Of a stretch of DNA of 64,000 bases, positions 39,434 through 50,968 are shown one piece after another. The first letter of the stretch is position 1, and the number at the start of each line of letters is the position of its first letter. The notes under the pieces are model-generated. The model did not search any database, was not told where the DNA came from, and was given only the letters and a program-made list of their open reading frames with translations. The translations under genes were made by a program, and so were the position numbers. The stretch spans positions 21,020,001 through 21,084,000 of the forward strand of contig NC_058368.1 of NCBI RefSeq assembly GCF_018350175.1, given 5' to 3'. Source of the stretch: Felis catus (Eukaryota).

Positions 39434-40265
39434 CCTATGACCCAGTAATTGCACTACTGGGTATTTACCCAAAGGATATAAGAACACTAATTCAAATGGA
39501 TACATTCACCCCTATGTTTATAACAGCATTATTTACAATAGCCAAGGTTAAGAGCAGCCCAATGTCCATCAACTGATGAATGGATAAAGAAGATGTGGTA
39601 GATACATATGCAATAGACTGTTAGTCATAAAAAAGAATGAAATCTTGCCATTTGCAACAACACGGATGGAGCTAGAGAATATAATGCTAAGTGAAATAAG
39701 TCAGAGAAAGACATTTCCCTCATGTGTGTAATTTAAGAAACAAAGCAAATGAGCAAAGAAAAAAAGAGAGTGAAAGAGAGAGAGACAAATGAAGAAACAG
39801 ACTGAACTGTAGAGAACAAACTGATGGTTACAGAGTGGGGAGGATGGAGGGACGGACACAATAGGTGATAGGGATTAAGGAACGCACTGTGATGAGCACA
39901 AGGTGATTTATGGAAGTGTTGAATTACTATATTGTACACCTGAAACTAATAAAACACTGTATCTTAACTGAAATTAAAATTTAAAAATTAATTAAAAAAA
40001 ATCTAAGTCTGGCTGTCTCCAAAGACTATCATCTAACTACTGCATTGCATTACAGTTCACTGACCCTCTGTTATAATATTATGCGATTTTTTTTTTCCTA
40101 GCACGAACAATGCCGCAATGAAAATCCCTGGGCGTGTGTCCTTGGTACATGTCCCTGAGGTGAAAATCCAGTTCACAAGATATGTATGCCATCAGTTCTA
40201 TAAGATACTACAAAATTGGCCTTACAATGTCGCTGGCCAACTTACACTTTTAATCTTAACTTTCT

Positions 40266-40701
40266 ATGGGTAGTTGAATAATAGCCACAAGGATATCCAG
40301 ATTCTAATCCCTAGAACGTAGGGATTAGAATATTAGTTTTATGGCAAAGGGGGCTTTGCAGAAGTCATTAAGGTACAGAGAGGTTGAAGGAAATTTGACT
40401 AAAGCAATTTAAAAAAAATCAATGTGATGATGGAAGCAGAGAGAGAAGAGATGATTCAGTTTGAGGGAGTAGTCACGGGCAAGCGAGGAGTACAGGCGAT
40501 TTCCAAGAAGCTGGGAAAGGCACGGAAATAGCTTGTCCTCTAGAGTCTCCAGAAGGAACCAGACCTGACAACACCTTGGTTTTAGCCCCTTAAAACTATT
40601 TTTGGATTTCTGACCTCCAGAACTATAGGAGATTAAATTTATTTTGATTTAGGCCACAAAGTTTGCAATAATTTGTTGTAGCAGCCACAGGAAACTGGTA
40701 T
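40266..40701 (+). mobile_element. MaLR solo LTR (MLT1C/D-like)
   Basis: TCTAGAGTCTCCAGAAGGAACCAG.CCTGACAACACCTTGGTTTTAGCCC...GACCTCCAGAACT...AGCAGCCACAGGAAACT. Confidence 0.88.
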
Positions 40702-40967
40702 AATTTCTAAGGCAGTTTTTAAAAAATCATAAATGTGCTGAATTGTATTTATTCATTTTTTCTATGCATATTTCATCTTCTTGGTTAATATTCTGAATTA
40801 CACTGATGACGCTGATGGATTTTCAATATCAAATAATCCTTACATCTCTGGGAAAAATCATACCTGGTCACGATGTATTTTTAAAATACATTGTTGAATT
40901 CCATTTGCTAATGTTTTGCTTAAAATTTTTGTACCATGTAAAAATCTCTTCTCGTTTTCTTCTACAT

Positions 40968-41161
40968 CTTTTTTTAAACTTACTTACTTTGAGAGTACAA
41001 GCAGAAGCAGGAGAGAGAGAGAGAGTCAGAGAATCCCAAGCAGGCTCCGCCCTGTCAGTGCAGAGCCCAACCTGGGGCTCAATCACCCCCAACTGTGAGA
41101 TCATGACCTGAGCTGAAACCAAGAGTCAGATGCTTAAATGACTGAGCCACCCAGGCGCCCC
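40968..41161 (-). mobile_element. Can-SINE
   Basis: GACTGAGCCACCCAGGCGCCCC end; TYGTTTTCTT flanks. Confidence 0.94.
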
Positions 41162-41399
41162 TTGTTTTCTTATTTATACTAACATTTCTTATTATACTAA
41201 CATTGTCTGGTTGCACTGAGATTACTGGCCCAGTAAACCCTCTAGCACGTCCTCTCACGACATTTCAACTTTTTTCTCCCAGAGTCTTTTCCTAATAAAT
41301 TGTTGTCATTTAAGTATCCCCTCCTCTTGTATTGAGATAATTAATTTTTTTAAATGCAGTGTGTCCATCCTTTCATTTAGTAAAAATTAATTAAGTACC

Positions 41400-41515
41400 A
41401 AGGTGCCTGGCTAACTCAGTCAGAGGAACATGCAACCCTTTTTCTCTGGGTTGTGAGTTTGAGCACCATGTTAGATGTAGAGATTACTAAAATAATAATA
41501 ATAAGTGAGTAAGTA
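41400..41515 (+). mobile_element. Short Can-SINE lacking (CT)n (SINEC_c/old type)
   Basis: GGTGCCTGGCTAACTCAGTCAGAGG...GTAGAGATTACTAAAAATAA; TAAGTACC flanks. Confidence 0.85.
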
Positions 41516-41912
41516 AGTACCTTTTGAGTACTTAATTTAAAATGTAAACACATAATCCACTCCCTCAAATAATGTGCTGTCTGATGAAGAGAAAGACATC
41601 AAAGGAGAGACTAATGGAATAAAGCTATTTCTTTAACAAAATATAGAAGAAACATCAAGAACAAAGGAGAACCGATAACAATGCAAGGTACATATCCTCT
41701 GCCTGGCCACAATTTCTGTCCCTTTCATAGTTCCAACTCACACTCCTCTGCAGAAATTGTCGTTGGTCCTCTTTAAGATTGATTCCATCAGCCACATTTC
41801 CACTAGACAATCTCCTAATTTCAGGCAGTCTGCTCCATCTTCCTTCATGACTACAGCACCTGGTCAGTTGTTCAGAAGGACTTCCCTGCCACCTTAAAAG
41901 TTTTCATCTTCA

Positions 41913-42128
41913 GGGGCACCTGGGTGGCTCAGTTGGTTAAGTGTCTGACTTCATCTCAGGTCATGAACTAGCGGTTCGTGAGTTCAAGCCCTGCCTTGGG
42001 CTCTGTGCTCACAGATTCTGTGTCTTTGGATTCTGTGTCTCCCTCTCTCTCTGTTCCTCCCCTACTTGCTCTCCCTCTCTCTCTCAAAAATAAATAAAGA
42101 CTAAAGAAGTTTTTGTTTTTTGTTAATA
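41913..42128 (+). mobile_element. Can-SINE (SINEC_Fc type)
   Basis: Perfect TSD AAAAGTTTTCATCTTCAG. Confidence 0.96.
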
Positions 42129-42479
42129 AAAAGTTTTCATCTTCAGCTCTCTCTTTCCTTTCTAATCCCTAGAACTGGGAGCCTTCCCTCCTCATGGCCC
42201 TCAAACCCAGGTTCCTTCTACTATTCATCTTCTCAAATAAAAATGTCCTCAACTCACCATCTCCCCAAGAAAACTGCCCTCTACTCATTCCCTCAAATAC
42301 AAGCTGCAAAACTGTAAGAATCAAAGCTGTAAGTTCATAAACAAAGTTTTAAACTTTGTTATAAGTTTATAGGACAGTAAATACACATAGCGAGGTCTTG
42401 GTAGTTGTTAATTGTTCAAGTGGTGTTTTCTGTTGTTATTCTTGTTGCTGTTGTTGTTACCATATCTTCCAGATTCATA

Positions 42480-42700
42480 TTCCACCCTGCACAGAGATGA
42501 CTCTGAACCTCCACTCCCCCCATCCTACCCCCACTCAGGCTACTCTTAGAAAGTCAACATGCTTGGTAGTTTCACTCATCCCACAGCCTTTTCTTTTCCC
42601 CATGACCACAACTTTTATTCTCTTGACCTTGTCATCTACAACACAATCCTGGCTCCTCCAGTACTAATGTTTTCAAAATTATGCTATAACTCTTTTAGGA
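42480..42700 (+). mobile_element. L2 endonuclease-region fragment
   Basis: ORF 42559 contains HPT...SLDLVI, resembling L2 PTH..GHTLDLVI. Confidence 0.45.
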
Positions 42701-43119
42701 AACTTAGACTTTTTGGAGGCAGTTTAGCATTATATAGGAACATTTTAAATATATTTACCCACTCAAACTATTTCTAGGAAATCATCCTAAGAAAATAATT
42801 GGAAAGATTTAGACAAAAGAGATGTTCATGACAGCATTGTTTGTAAACTAAAAAAATAAAAACAGCCTATATCAATAAAGAAATGGCTAAACAAATTTCA
42901 ATATGGCTGCATTCTGGAATACTATACAGCCTTTAAAATTGGTGAAACAAATTCATATTTGTCAACATGGAGAAATGTCCATGACATATTACCAATGAAA
43001 AAAGAAGGCTGCAGAGAAGTATGTGTAGTATGATTTAATATATGTAGAAACTGTGTGTATGTGATTATACATATACATACATGCAGAAAAATAACCTTTA
43101 ACACACTCAGCAGAATCTT

Positions 43120-43794
43120 TTTTATTGGAATATAATTAACATACAATGTTATATTAGTTTTAGGTGTACAACATGCTCATTCCACAACTTTTTAAATTTT
43201 TTTTAAACGTTGACTTAGTTTTGAGAGAGAGAGAGACAGAGCATGAGCAGGGAAGGGGCAGAGAGAGAGAGATGGAGACACAGAATTCAAAGCAGACCGC
43301 AGGCTCCCGGTGTGGGGCTTGAATTCACAAGCTGTGAGATCTTGACCTGAGCTGAAGTCGGATGCTTAAGCAACTGAGCCACCCAGGCACGCCAACAATT
43401 CTATACATTACTGTGTACTCACCACAGTAAGTATAGTCACCACCTGTTACCATACAACGTCATTACAATATTATTGACTATATTCCCTATTCTGTACTTT
43501 TCATCTCCATTACTTACTTTTTTTTGAGTATAGTTCACACATGATCTTACATTAGCTTCCGGTATACAACATAGTGATTTAACAACTCTAGACATTATGC
43601 TGTGCTCACCACACATGTAGCTATTGTCTGTCAACATGTAATGCTATGACAATACCACTGACTATATCCCTGTGCTTTATTCATTACATATCTGGAAGCC
43701 TGTATCTCCCACTCCATTTCACCCATTTTTCCCCATTCCCTTACTCCACTTGCCTCTGGCAACCAACAGTTTGTTCTCTATATTTATAGGTCCA
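43120..43794 (-). mobile_element. Two tandem L1 3' ends (carnivore/L1MA-like) with a nested SINE
   Basis: Two diverged copies of ATTAG..T..GGT.TACAACAT...GACTATAT.CCCT; outer TSD AGCAGAATCTT (43109-43119, 43795-43805). Confidence 0.85.
43189..43392 (-). mobile_element. Can-SINE
   Basis: (GA)n, GACACAGAATTC, CTGAGCCACCCAGGCAC end. Confidence 0.93.
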
Positions 43795-44053
43795 AGCAGA
43801 ATCTTAATTTAGGTTGCTATCTCTGTGTGGTGAGATTCTCCGTTGTCTTTGTAGGTATGTATGCGTATATGTATGCATGTGGGGTTTGTGTGTGTGTGTG
43901 TACACAAAGTCGCTGTTGAGCCATGGTGGTGTTTAACAAAAATATTTTGGCAATCAAATGCTTATCTAATACCGCCTTTTCATATTAACTATGTTTACTT
44001 TTATAACCAGAATAAACACTAAAGCTACTTTCACTTTGAGAAAACGTAAGCTA

Positions 44054-44569
44054 GTATACTGGTTATCTACTACCAGGGCAATATTGTAGGACAACCAACC
44101 ACAAAACACAATGGCATAAAATAATAAGCATTTATCTATCTCACAAATATACTGGGCAGCTCTGTTCTCAGCTGAGCTCAACTGGTCTTGGCAAGTCTTA
44201 CTCATGTACCTGCAGTCAACCAGTAGCTCGGCCAGGAGCTTGCTGGTCTAGGTCGGCTGCAGCTGAGATGACCTGTCTCTGTTCTGAGTGATTTCTCACC
44301 CTCAGGCAGGTTAGCTTAGGCTTGTTCTCATGGTGGAGACAGGGTTCTAAAAGATGGGGTGCAAGTTCCCAAGGCCTCTTGAGGCCTCAGCTTGGAACTG
44401 GCCCACTATCATTCCATTGCTTTCTTGTAGCTGCAGCAATTTACAGGCCAGCCAGATCCAAGAAGTGGGGAAACAGATTCTCTACTGGAGGGGCAACAAA
44501 GTCACAATGCAAAGGGTATGGGTACAGGAAGGGCACTCATTGGGGTCACTGACACAGTCAATCCACCAG
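44054..44569 (-). mobile_element. MaLR solo LTR (MLT1 family)
   Basis: GGTTATCTA...AACCACAAAACACAATGGCATAAAATAATAAGCATTTAT...GGCCAGCCAGATCCAAG...AATCCACCA. Confidence 0.8.
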
Positions 44570-44787
44570 AATCAGATTTACTCACAGTGGAAATGTATGG
44601 CAAAGGGAGACAAGGATAAGAAACCAATGGAAAGCATTTGACCACATACATTCATGGGAGAAAGATGAATCCATGGCCTCTGGAGTCAATGTGAAATAAT
44701 GACATCATCCCTCCACCCCTAGGGGTATATCACCACTGTCACTTGGTAAATGGCTCTGCCATACTTTTTAATTCTGACATTTCTTAT

Positions 44788-44788
<1 letters not shown>

Positions 44789-44827
<39 letters not shown>
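44789..44827. repeat. (GT)n microsatellite
   Basis: Perfect dinucleotide run. Confidence 0.99.
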
Positions 44828-44828
<1 letters not shown>

Positions 44829-45765
44829 ACATGCGTGTGTGCGTACGTATACAAGGTCTCATTTGACCCAGGGGCAAGGTGCACTAAAAATATTTTAGCA
44901 ACCAAAAGCTTTATCTAATACCACCATCTATAAAGCATAGGACTGGCCATAAAAAGGGAAAACTGGCCTACATGAACATGAATAAAGCCCCAAGACTTCT
45001 AGACAGATCCACTGTTGAAAAATCTCTATTTTTCATGTGTTCTCTTTATATAAAATTTGTATGCTATCCAAGATTCAACTGGATGTGACTTTCACATGAT
45101 CACTCCAGAAATAAAGATTTAGTGATTATGTCAAAGGATGCCACCTGTTAACTCATAAATGTGAACAGTGACAGTTGACAGGTAGATAGAAACTGTTTAT
45201 AGCAATTGCAGGCATTTCTAAGTGTATATTTACTCAATCTTTTAGAAATTAAACTTAGAATTTCTATAATGTGTAATGCTAAACACACCATTTTGGACTT
45301 AACATGGTACATAAACATGCTTATAAGAATTGTATTAATTTCTGAAAGGTTTCTTCTTAACCCAAAGAATTTTTATGTATTTTGGAGCATGTATTTATTT
45401 CACCAAAGGCTTAAAAGTTTTAAAACGTGTAAAAATGGCTGAAGCATATGAGGGAATCCTGAGAAGCCATGGATGAAATGCTAAGGAAACACTGGAGAAG
45501 AGGTCCAATAAATACCAGAATTAAAACAAAATTCTAGGATGGTAAAGCAGAGGAGAAAAAACTTTAAAGAAAGAGAATGGCACTTGGAAAAGAGAAGGGT
45601 GGGGGGAAGCATAGAAATACCAACAATTAAATTGGAAAAGTACTTCAAGGAAAATGTATGGGCTAAAATAGGACACGGTAATACGGACATTGTCAACAAG
45701 TTATACACAGAATAAATGCAATCATGTTTTGTTGATAACTATTAAGGGCTGATAGACATTAAAGT

Positions 45766-45850
45766 CATTACATTACTTTACATTACATTACATTACATTA
45801 CATTACATTACATTACATTACATTATATTACATTACATTACATTACATTA
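45766..45850. repeat. (CATTA)n pentanucleotide microsatellite, 17 units
   Basis: Near-perfect array with two variant units. Confidence 0.98.
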
Positions 45851-48389
45851 AGTCAGGTATGGCTACAATACAGCAATGTGCGATGATCACATACTACTCT
45901 TTATTAATCTGAGGGTTATAAATCGCCTCACATATGCTAGTAAATTCTTATACCATCTCAGCTGATATTGTGGTGTCTTCCATACAGCTAGGAAAATAGG
46001 ACGAGGCACAGACCCAGTCACGCAGCATATTAATAGCAAGCTGGAAGAAGACCAAAATCTTAACCCATGAACTTCATTCCCGCTCTTGGATCCACTGCAC
46101 CAAACCATTCCCTTGAGATGTTAGATTGATTGCCTCTGAATTAAGTTGCCAAATTTTAACTGTTACTTTTATTCATGCAACCCTGCTGGGCTGCAGAAAC
46201 TCAAGTTTAAAACCGTCCCTAGCTTTGCCTGCTGGCCCAACCACAGGAGAAATTAAGTGCTGGAAACCAACACCTTCATGCATTTCCTCATTTGATTTAC
46301 TCGGCCTCAGAGGGAAACTCATGCGCCTGTCTCTATACTTGGAAAGCCAGTTTGATGACCAGAGCTGTATGAGGCAGGAGCCTTGATGCAGGAAGCTCCT
46401 GGCCATTCCCTCCTCTGGTGCCAGCCCACCTGGTCACATCACTGGGGGGGGGGGGGGGGGGGAGGGGGCTTTTGAGTTGACTCTGTCAAAAGAAAATGCT
46501 CCAATGGGAAATTAACGCCTGGAAACATTCCTTGATTTTTTTTAACAAAATAAAGTGTATAAGTCATTCAAGACTAGCAGGATAACCACAAAGTGTACCA
46601 ATCAACTGAGTCCAATCTTCAGCCCTAGAGGTACCATGTCATCTTCTGTGTGCACAAGACCATGAGATGTCACTTTCTAAGAGTTGAGAAAAGGGTAAGG
46701 TGTCCATAGACACCTTATTCAAAAGAGAAGGTGTGCTCCCTTCTTATTCCATTATATATACATGTATACATGGAAAGAGAGAGAGAAATTTGAGGGAATG
46801 GAAAAAGCTATGTCAACAGCCTTTTAAGCAAAGTTTAAAAAGGATTGAGGCAATGAGAAAAGACATTATGGGGAGAGGAACCACAGTACCCATTATTATT
46901 AATTCAAGGGAAATCATTATAGTTAGCAGGACCTTATGTGATGAATACAGGAGGAAGACTGTAAGAATAATGAGGGAGCAAAGGTAGAGAAAATGTGGAA
47001 TACATAAACAATAAACATGTATGTATGAGAGACTCAGAGTCCGAGACCCAGGGAGTGGAGTGTCACAAGAGAGCGAGGTTGACTCACACATGTACTTTTT
47101 TTTTCTCTAGAGGTTTCCCTGGTTATAACAATGAAGTTATCGTCCAGTCCCACTTCTGAATATGAAGAGCTGGAGATGACAACAGGACCGAAATCCAGGA
47201 GGAGAATGGAGGACAGCATTTACATTGGCAGTAGCTGCTGAGCTAACCAGCTAGAGCCCGGGAAGAGAGTGTTAGAGGGCACTGGACACACGTGGGGCAG
47301 AGGAGATCCTTCAGGTCAAGGCACAATGGACACCGTGGCGACTGACATTGGATCTGAAGAACACGGATAACTGGGCCTTCCCATGAGGCCATTTTCTCCT
47401 CAGATGACCAGAGATCATCCTGGCTCAGCCTGACTGCAGGCTCAGCACAGGCATGTTCCTATTCATTTACAAACCCGTGGTGGTCTTCATTTCTGGCTCT
47501 GCCTGAGGAAAGGATCAGAGGACACAGTGGCTCTATCCACTTGTACAGCAGGACCACACTGCCTCACCGTCTCATGGGTCCAAGCCACCTAAACTCCCCC
47601 TGTCACCCTCTGGGTGTTTCTTCCCCACCCGATCACACTGCTAGGTTGTTCCCGGAATGGAGGGGGGCCATAACAGTGTCTGGGCGCCACACACAACCTC
47701 ACAATGCCACAGTGTGATTTGGAGAATGAGTTCAAGCTACAGTGATATCCAGCCAAGAGCAACACTTGATAAAGGAACTTCAGGGCAACATGAAGACAAT
47801 TACCTAAGAGAAGGCAAAAGGAAAGGAGGCTTTCTCAGTAGAGTATTTTGTGTTGCCACTCTACTGGTTTTTAGTTTTCCTCATTGGTTACCACAAAATG
47901 TTTAATTCACCCTCACAGTTGTGTTTCCTTAAAATATTCCTTCTGATACCTGTGAATCAGTTTCAGATTTGAATTTCAAGCTGTCCCTCCTGGTTAGCTT
48001 ATGTCCCTGAGTTTTTGCTGTCCTTCGTGGCGTGTCTCTCTCACCTGAATAGTTTAACTGTCACCAGAGGATTTTGCCACCCTTTCCTCTCACTGGCAAC
48101 GTGTTACAAAAAATTAGCAACCAGTTCTCTGGTTTGTAGCATTATTAATGCTTTGTTGTTTTTCTTTTGGCCTGGTTCCTGGTCTTGATTTGAACTGTGT
48201 GATTTTCAATCCATGGTCCATCACTGTTACAGTTAAAAATATCTATGCATATGCTATAGAGATAGATTATATGCAGATATTTACATCTATCTATCTATGT
48301 ATATATTATTCTAAATAATGATGTGTTATATATACCATTTTTTAAAAACTTCATTTATCTTTTTTCTTTTTTAAAAAATAAGCCTAACA

Positions 48390-48620
48390 GGGTGCCTGGG
48401 TAGCTCAGTCAGTTAAGCGGGTGACTCTTGATTTTGGCTCAGGTAATGATCTCATGGTTCTTGAGTTTGAGCCCCACATCAGGCTCTGTGCTAACAGCTT
48501 GGAGCCTGCTTGGGGTTCTTTCTCTCCCTCTCCCTCTGCCCCTCCCCTGCTCTCTCTCTCTCTTTCTCTCTCTCTCTCCCTCTCAAAAACAAACAAACAA
48601 ACAAACAAACAAACAAACTA
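48390..48620 (+). mobile_element. Can-SINE with (AAAC)n tail
   Basis: Head, (CT)n, (AAAC)n. Confidence 0.95.
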
Positions 48621-48845
48621 GGGGTACCTGCCTGGGTGGCTCAGTCGGTTAAGTGTCCAGCTTCGGCTCAGATCATGATCTCACGGCTCCTGAGTTTGAG
48701 CCCTGTGTTGGGCTCTGTGCTGACAGCTCAGAGCCTAGAGCCTGCTTTGGGTTCTGTGTCTCCTTCTGTCTCTGCCCCTCCCTCACTTGTGCTCTGTCTC
48801 TCTCTGTCTCAAAAATAAATAAATGTTAAAAAAATGCTTTTAATT
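48621..48845 (+). mobile_element. Can-SINE inserted in the tail of the previous SINE
   Basis: GGGGTACCTGCCTGGGTGGCTCAG head; AAACTA flanks. Confidence 0.95.
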
Positions 48846-49574
48846 AAATAGATAAACTAATAAAAAATATCTAACTCATATGAAAAGTATTGTTTGCCCC
48901 TATGAAGATGCACGAAAGTATATTTTGTTGGATTTTCTTGGCCACTTTGTAAACTCTTTCAGAAGACTCTCACCTGAATTCTCCAGTCTCTCCTGAAGAC
49001 GGGCAACAATCCCAACATCAGGCAACATCATCTAGAATTCTAATTCCTGCAACAATAACGCCACGCATCCCAGACAGGCCTCCTACTGAGAATGTTTCAA
49101 TTACTGAAAAGGCCCTTTTAAGCCAAAGCAATTTAAGTACAATCTAATGTTTTCACACAACAGAATAGAGGAGGTTAAATTCTTGATCAATTAACGAAAG
49201 AATTTACAGCAATGTCACAGATCATAAACTATGAATCATTTTTCAGTGAATTGTACAGTAAAAGACTCTCTTTTGAAACAATAAAGATTTTTTTAAAAAA
49301 AAATCATACATACTTATAGCAGAAAACTATAAACTAAAGAGAAGGAAGAAAATTTTCCATTATTTATAATATCACGGATTTGTTTGTTTCGTTAGAAGTG
49401 ATCACTGACAAATGTTATGTGGTTGAACCGGATGACTCACTTAAGCAACTGAAGTAAGGACTCAGTTGGCCTCAGCCATTGATTTCCCACAGAAAGTCAG
49501 GGCATTCAGTTTGTTACAATCTCCCTAATAATAGTACTGACAATAACAACACTCACAATAATCGTTATTATCAG

Positions 49575-49784
49575 TTCAGCTAACGTGTATGGTTCATCAT
49601 ATTAAGCCCTTAATTTAACACTGTACAGACATTACCTACTTTTAATGTTCGGGATTGTTTTATGAGAAAGGTATAATTATTCTCCCCATTTTGCAGATGA
49701 GGAAACTGAATTAAAAACCCCAATTCCCACAGCTGAAAGTGGTGGGGCCACGCTGGGTGATACCTGACTTCAAAGGCAGGTCTT
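49575..49784 (-). mobile_element. MIR interrupted by a SINE
   Basis: CTCCCCATTTTGCAGATGAGGAAACTGA core. Confidence 0.85.
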
Positions 49785-49853
49785 TTGTTTTCTTTTCAAT
49801 GTTTATTCATTTTTGAGAGAGAGGGAGAGAAGGCACGAGTCGGAAGGGAAGCA

Positions 49854-49891
<38 letters not shown>

Positions 49892-50016
49892 CCCAAGCAG
49901 GCTCCGCACTGTCGGCACAGAGCCCCACGCGGGGCTCGAAATCCTGAACCGTGAGATCACGACCTGAGCCAAAATCAAGAGTCAGATGCTCACCCAACAA
50001 GCCACCCAGGCGCCCC
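49785..50016 (-). mobile_element. Can-SINE
   Basis: Perfect TSD CAAAGGCAGGTCTT. Confidence 0.96.
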
Positions 50017-50040
50017 CAAAGGCAGGTCTTATTACCGCAC

Positions 50041-50215
50041 CAGTAGACTGTCAAACTTGAATAGCCGTAAAAATCACCTGGAAAATTCATTCAAATGCCA
50101 GAGTCTCCAGCTTCAGTTCCCGAGGCTCTGATTCTGTAGGTCTGAGCTGGGGCTGAGGAATCTGCAGTTTTGAAGCAGCCCAGGGGACTCTCGTGGAAGC
50201 AGCACTCCGGCAAGA
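50041..50215. mobile_element. hAT-Charlie MITE (MER5A-like)
   Basis: AATCACCTGG...TCTGATTCTGTAGGTCTGAGCTGGGGCTGAGGAATCTGCA. Confidence 0.8.
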
Positions 50216-50293
50216 CACTGCTCTTCTGCCCACATACATGCAGAGGCCAGAAACCGCCTTCACGTAGCTCCCTAGACTCGATGTCTGTAACCA

Positions 50294-50446
50294 CAGTGGT
50301 CCGTAAGGTTTTGAGGGGATCCCAGGCCCCTCTGAGAACCCAGTGAAAGCTGTAGGCCTTCTCGCAATCAAAATGCACCCAAACTTTTTTTTGCCTTCAT
50401 TTTCTGGGAGTTAAAAGCCCGCAGACTTCAAATTAAGGACTCCTGT
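50294..50446. mobile_element. hAT-Charlie MITE (Charlie4z-like)
   Basis: CCCCTCTGAGAACCCAGTGAAAGCTGTAGGCCTTCTC...AAAATGCAC...TTAAGGACTCCTG. Confidence 0.6.
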
Positions 50447-50739
50447 TCTAGTCTCTCTCTACCCTTTCATTCTAGTGCCTCTTACCTCGTTCCCACCTCT
50501 GAGATAAAGACACTTATGCTCCTGGCTCCCTGCTTTGCCAGGCTATTAAGAGGATCTTTTTTTTTTTTTAATACAGGGCTTTTGAGATACAGAAATAGAA
50601 ACGCCACATGTAAACTGCATGCTTACAACAAATAGAGAATTAAGGAAGAACAGATTTGAGTAGAAGGGGCTTCTAAAAAGAAACTCAGAACTGGTTAAGG
50701 GAAAACCCAGCAAATAACCATGAGCATGATCAGAATGGT

Positions 50740-50968
50740 CATTTACCATTTGTGGAGTACCTACTATGTACTCAGAGTACCTACGGCCATTTCTGCCTTA
50801 ACAGCATTTTTTCTAGTGCTCACAAACTCCTGGATGGCATCATCCTCTTTATTTTACAGTTGAAGAAAACCAGGCTGAGAGAGATTAAGCAACTTGCCCA
50901 ATAGCAAACAGCTAGTCAAGTGACTCAGACCCAGGTCCGTCTGCGTGCAAAGCCCATCCACTCTTTAT
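50740..50968 (-). mobile_element. MIR
   Basis: ATTTTACAGTTGAAGAAAACCAGGCTGAGAGAGATTAAGCAACTTGCCCAA. Confidence 0.85.

Larger units (their letters stand above)
35302..39998 (+). mobile_element. Carnivore L1 retaining 5' UTR, ORF1, internally deleted ORF2 and 3' UTR
   Basis: GGAAGATGG 5' start; ORF1 remnants about 36200-37430; ORF2 ATG at 38067; TSD AAAYCTAAGTCTGG (35288-35301, 39999-40012). Confidence 0.93.
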
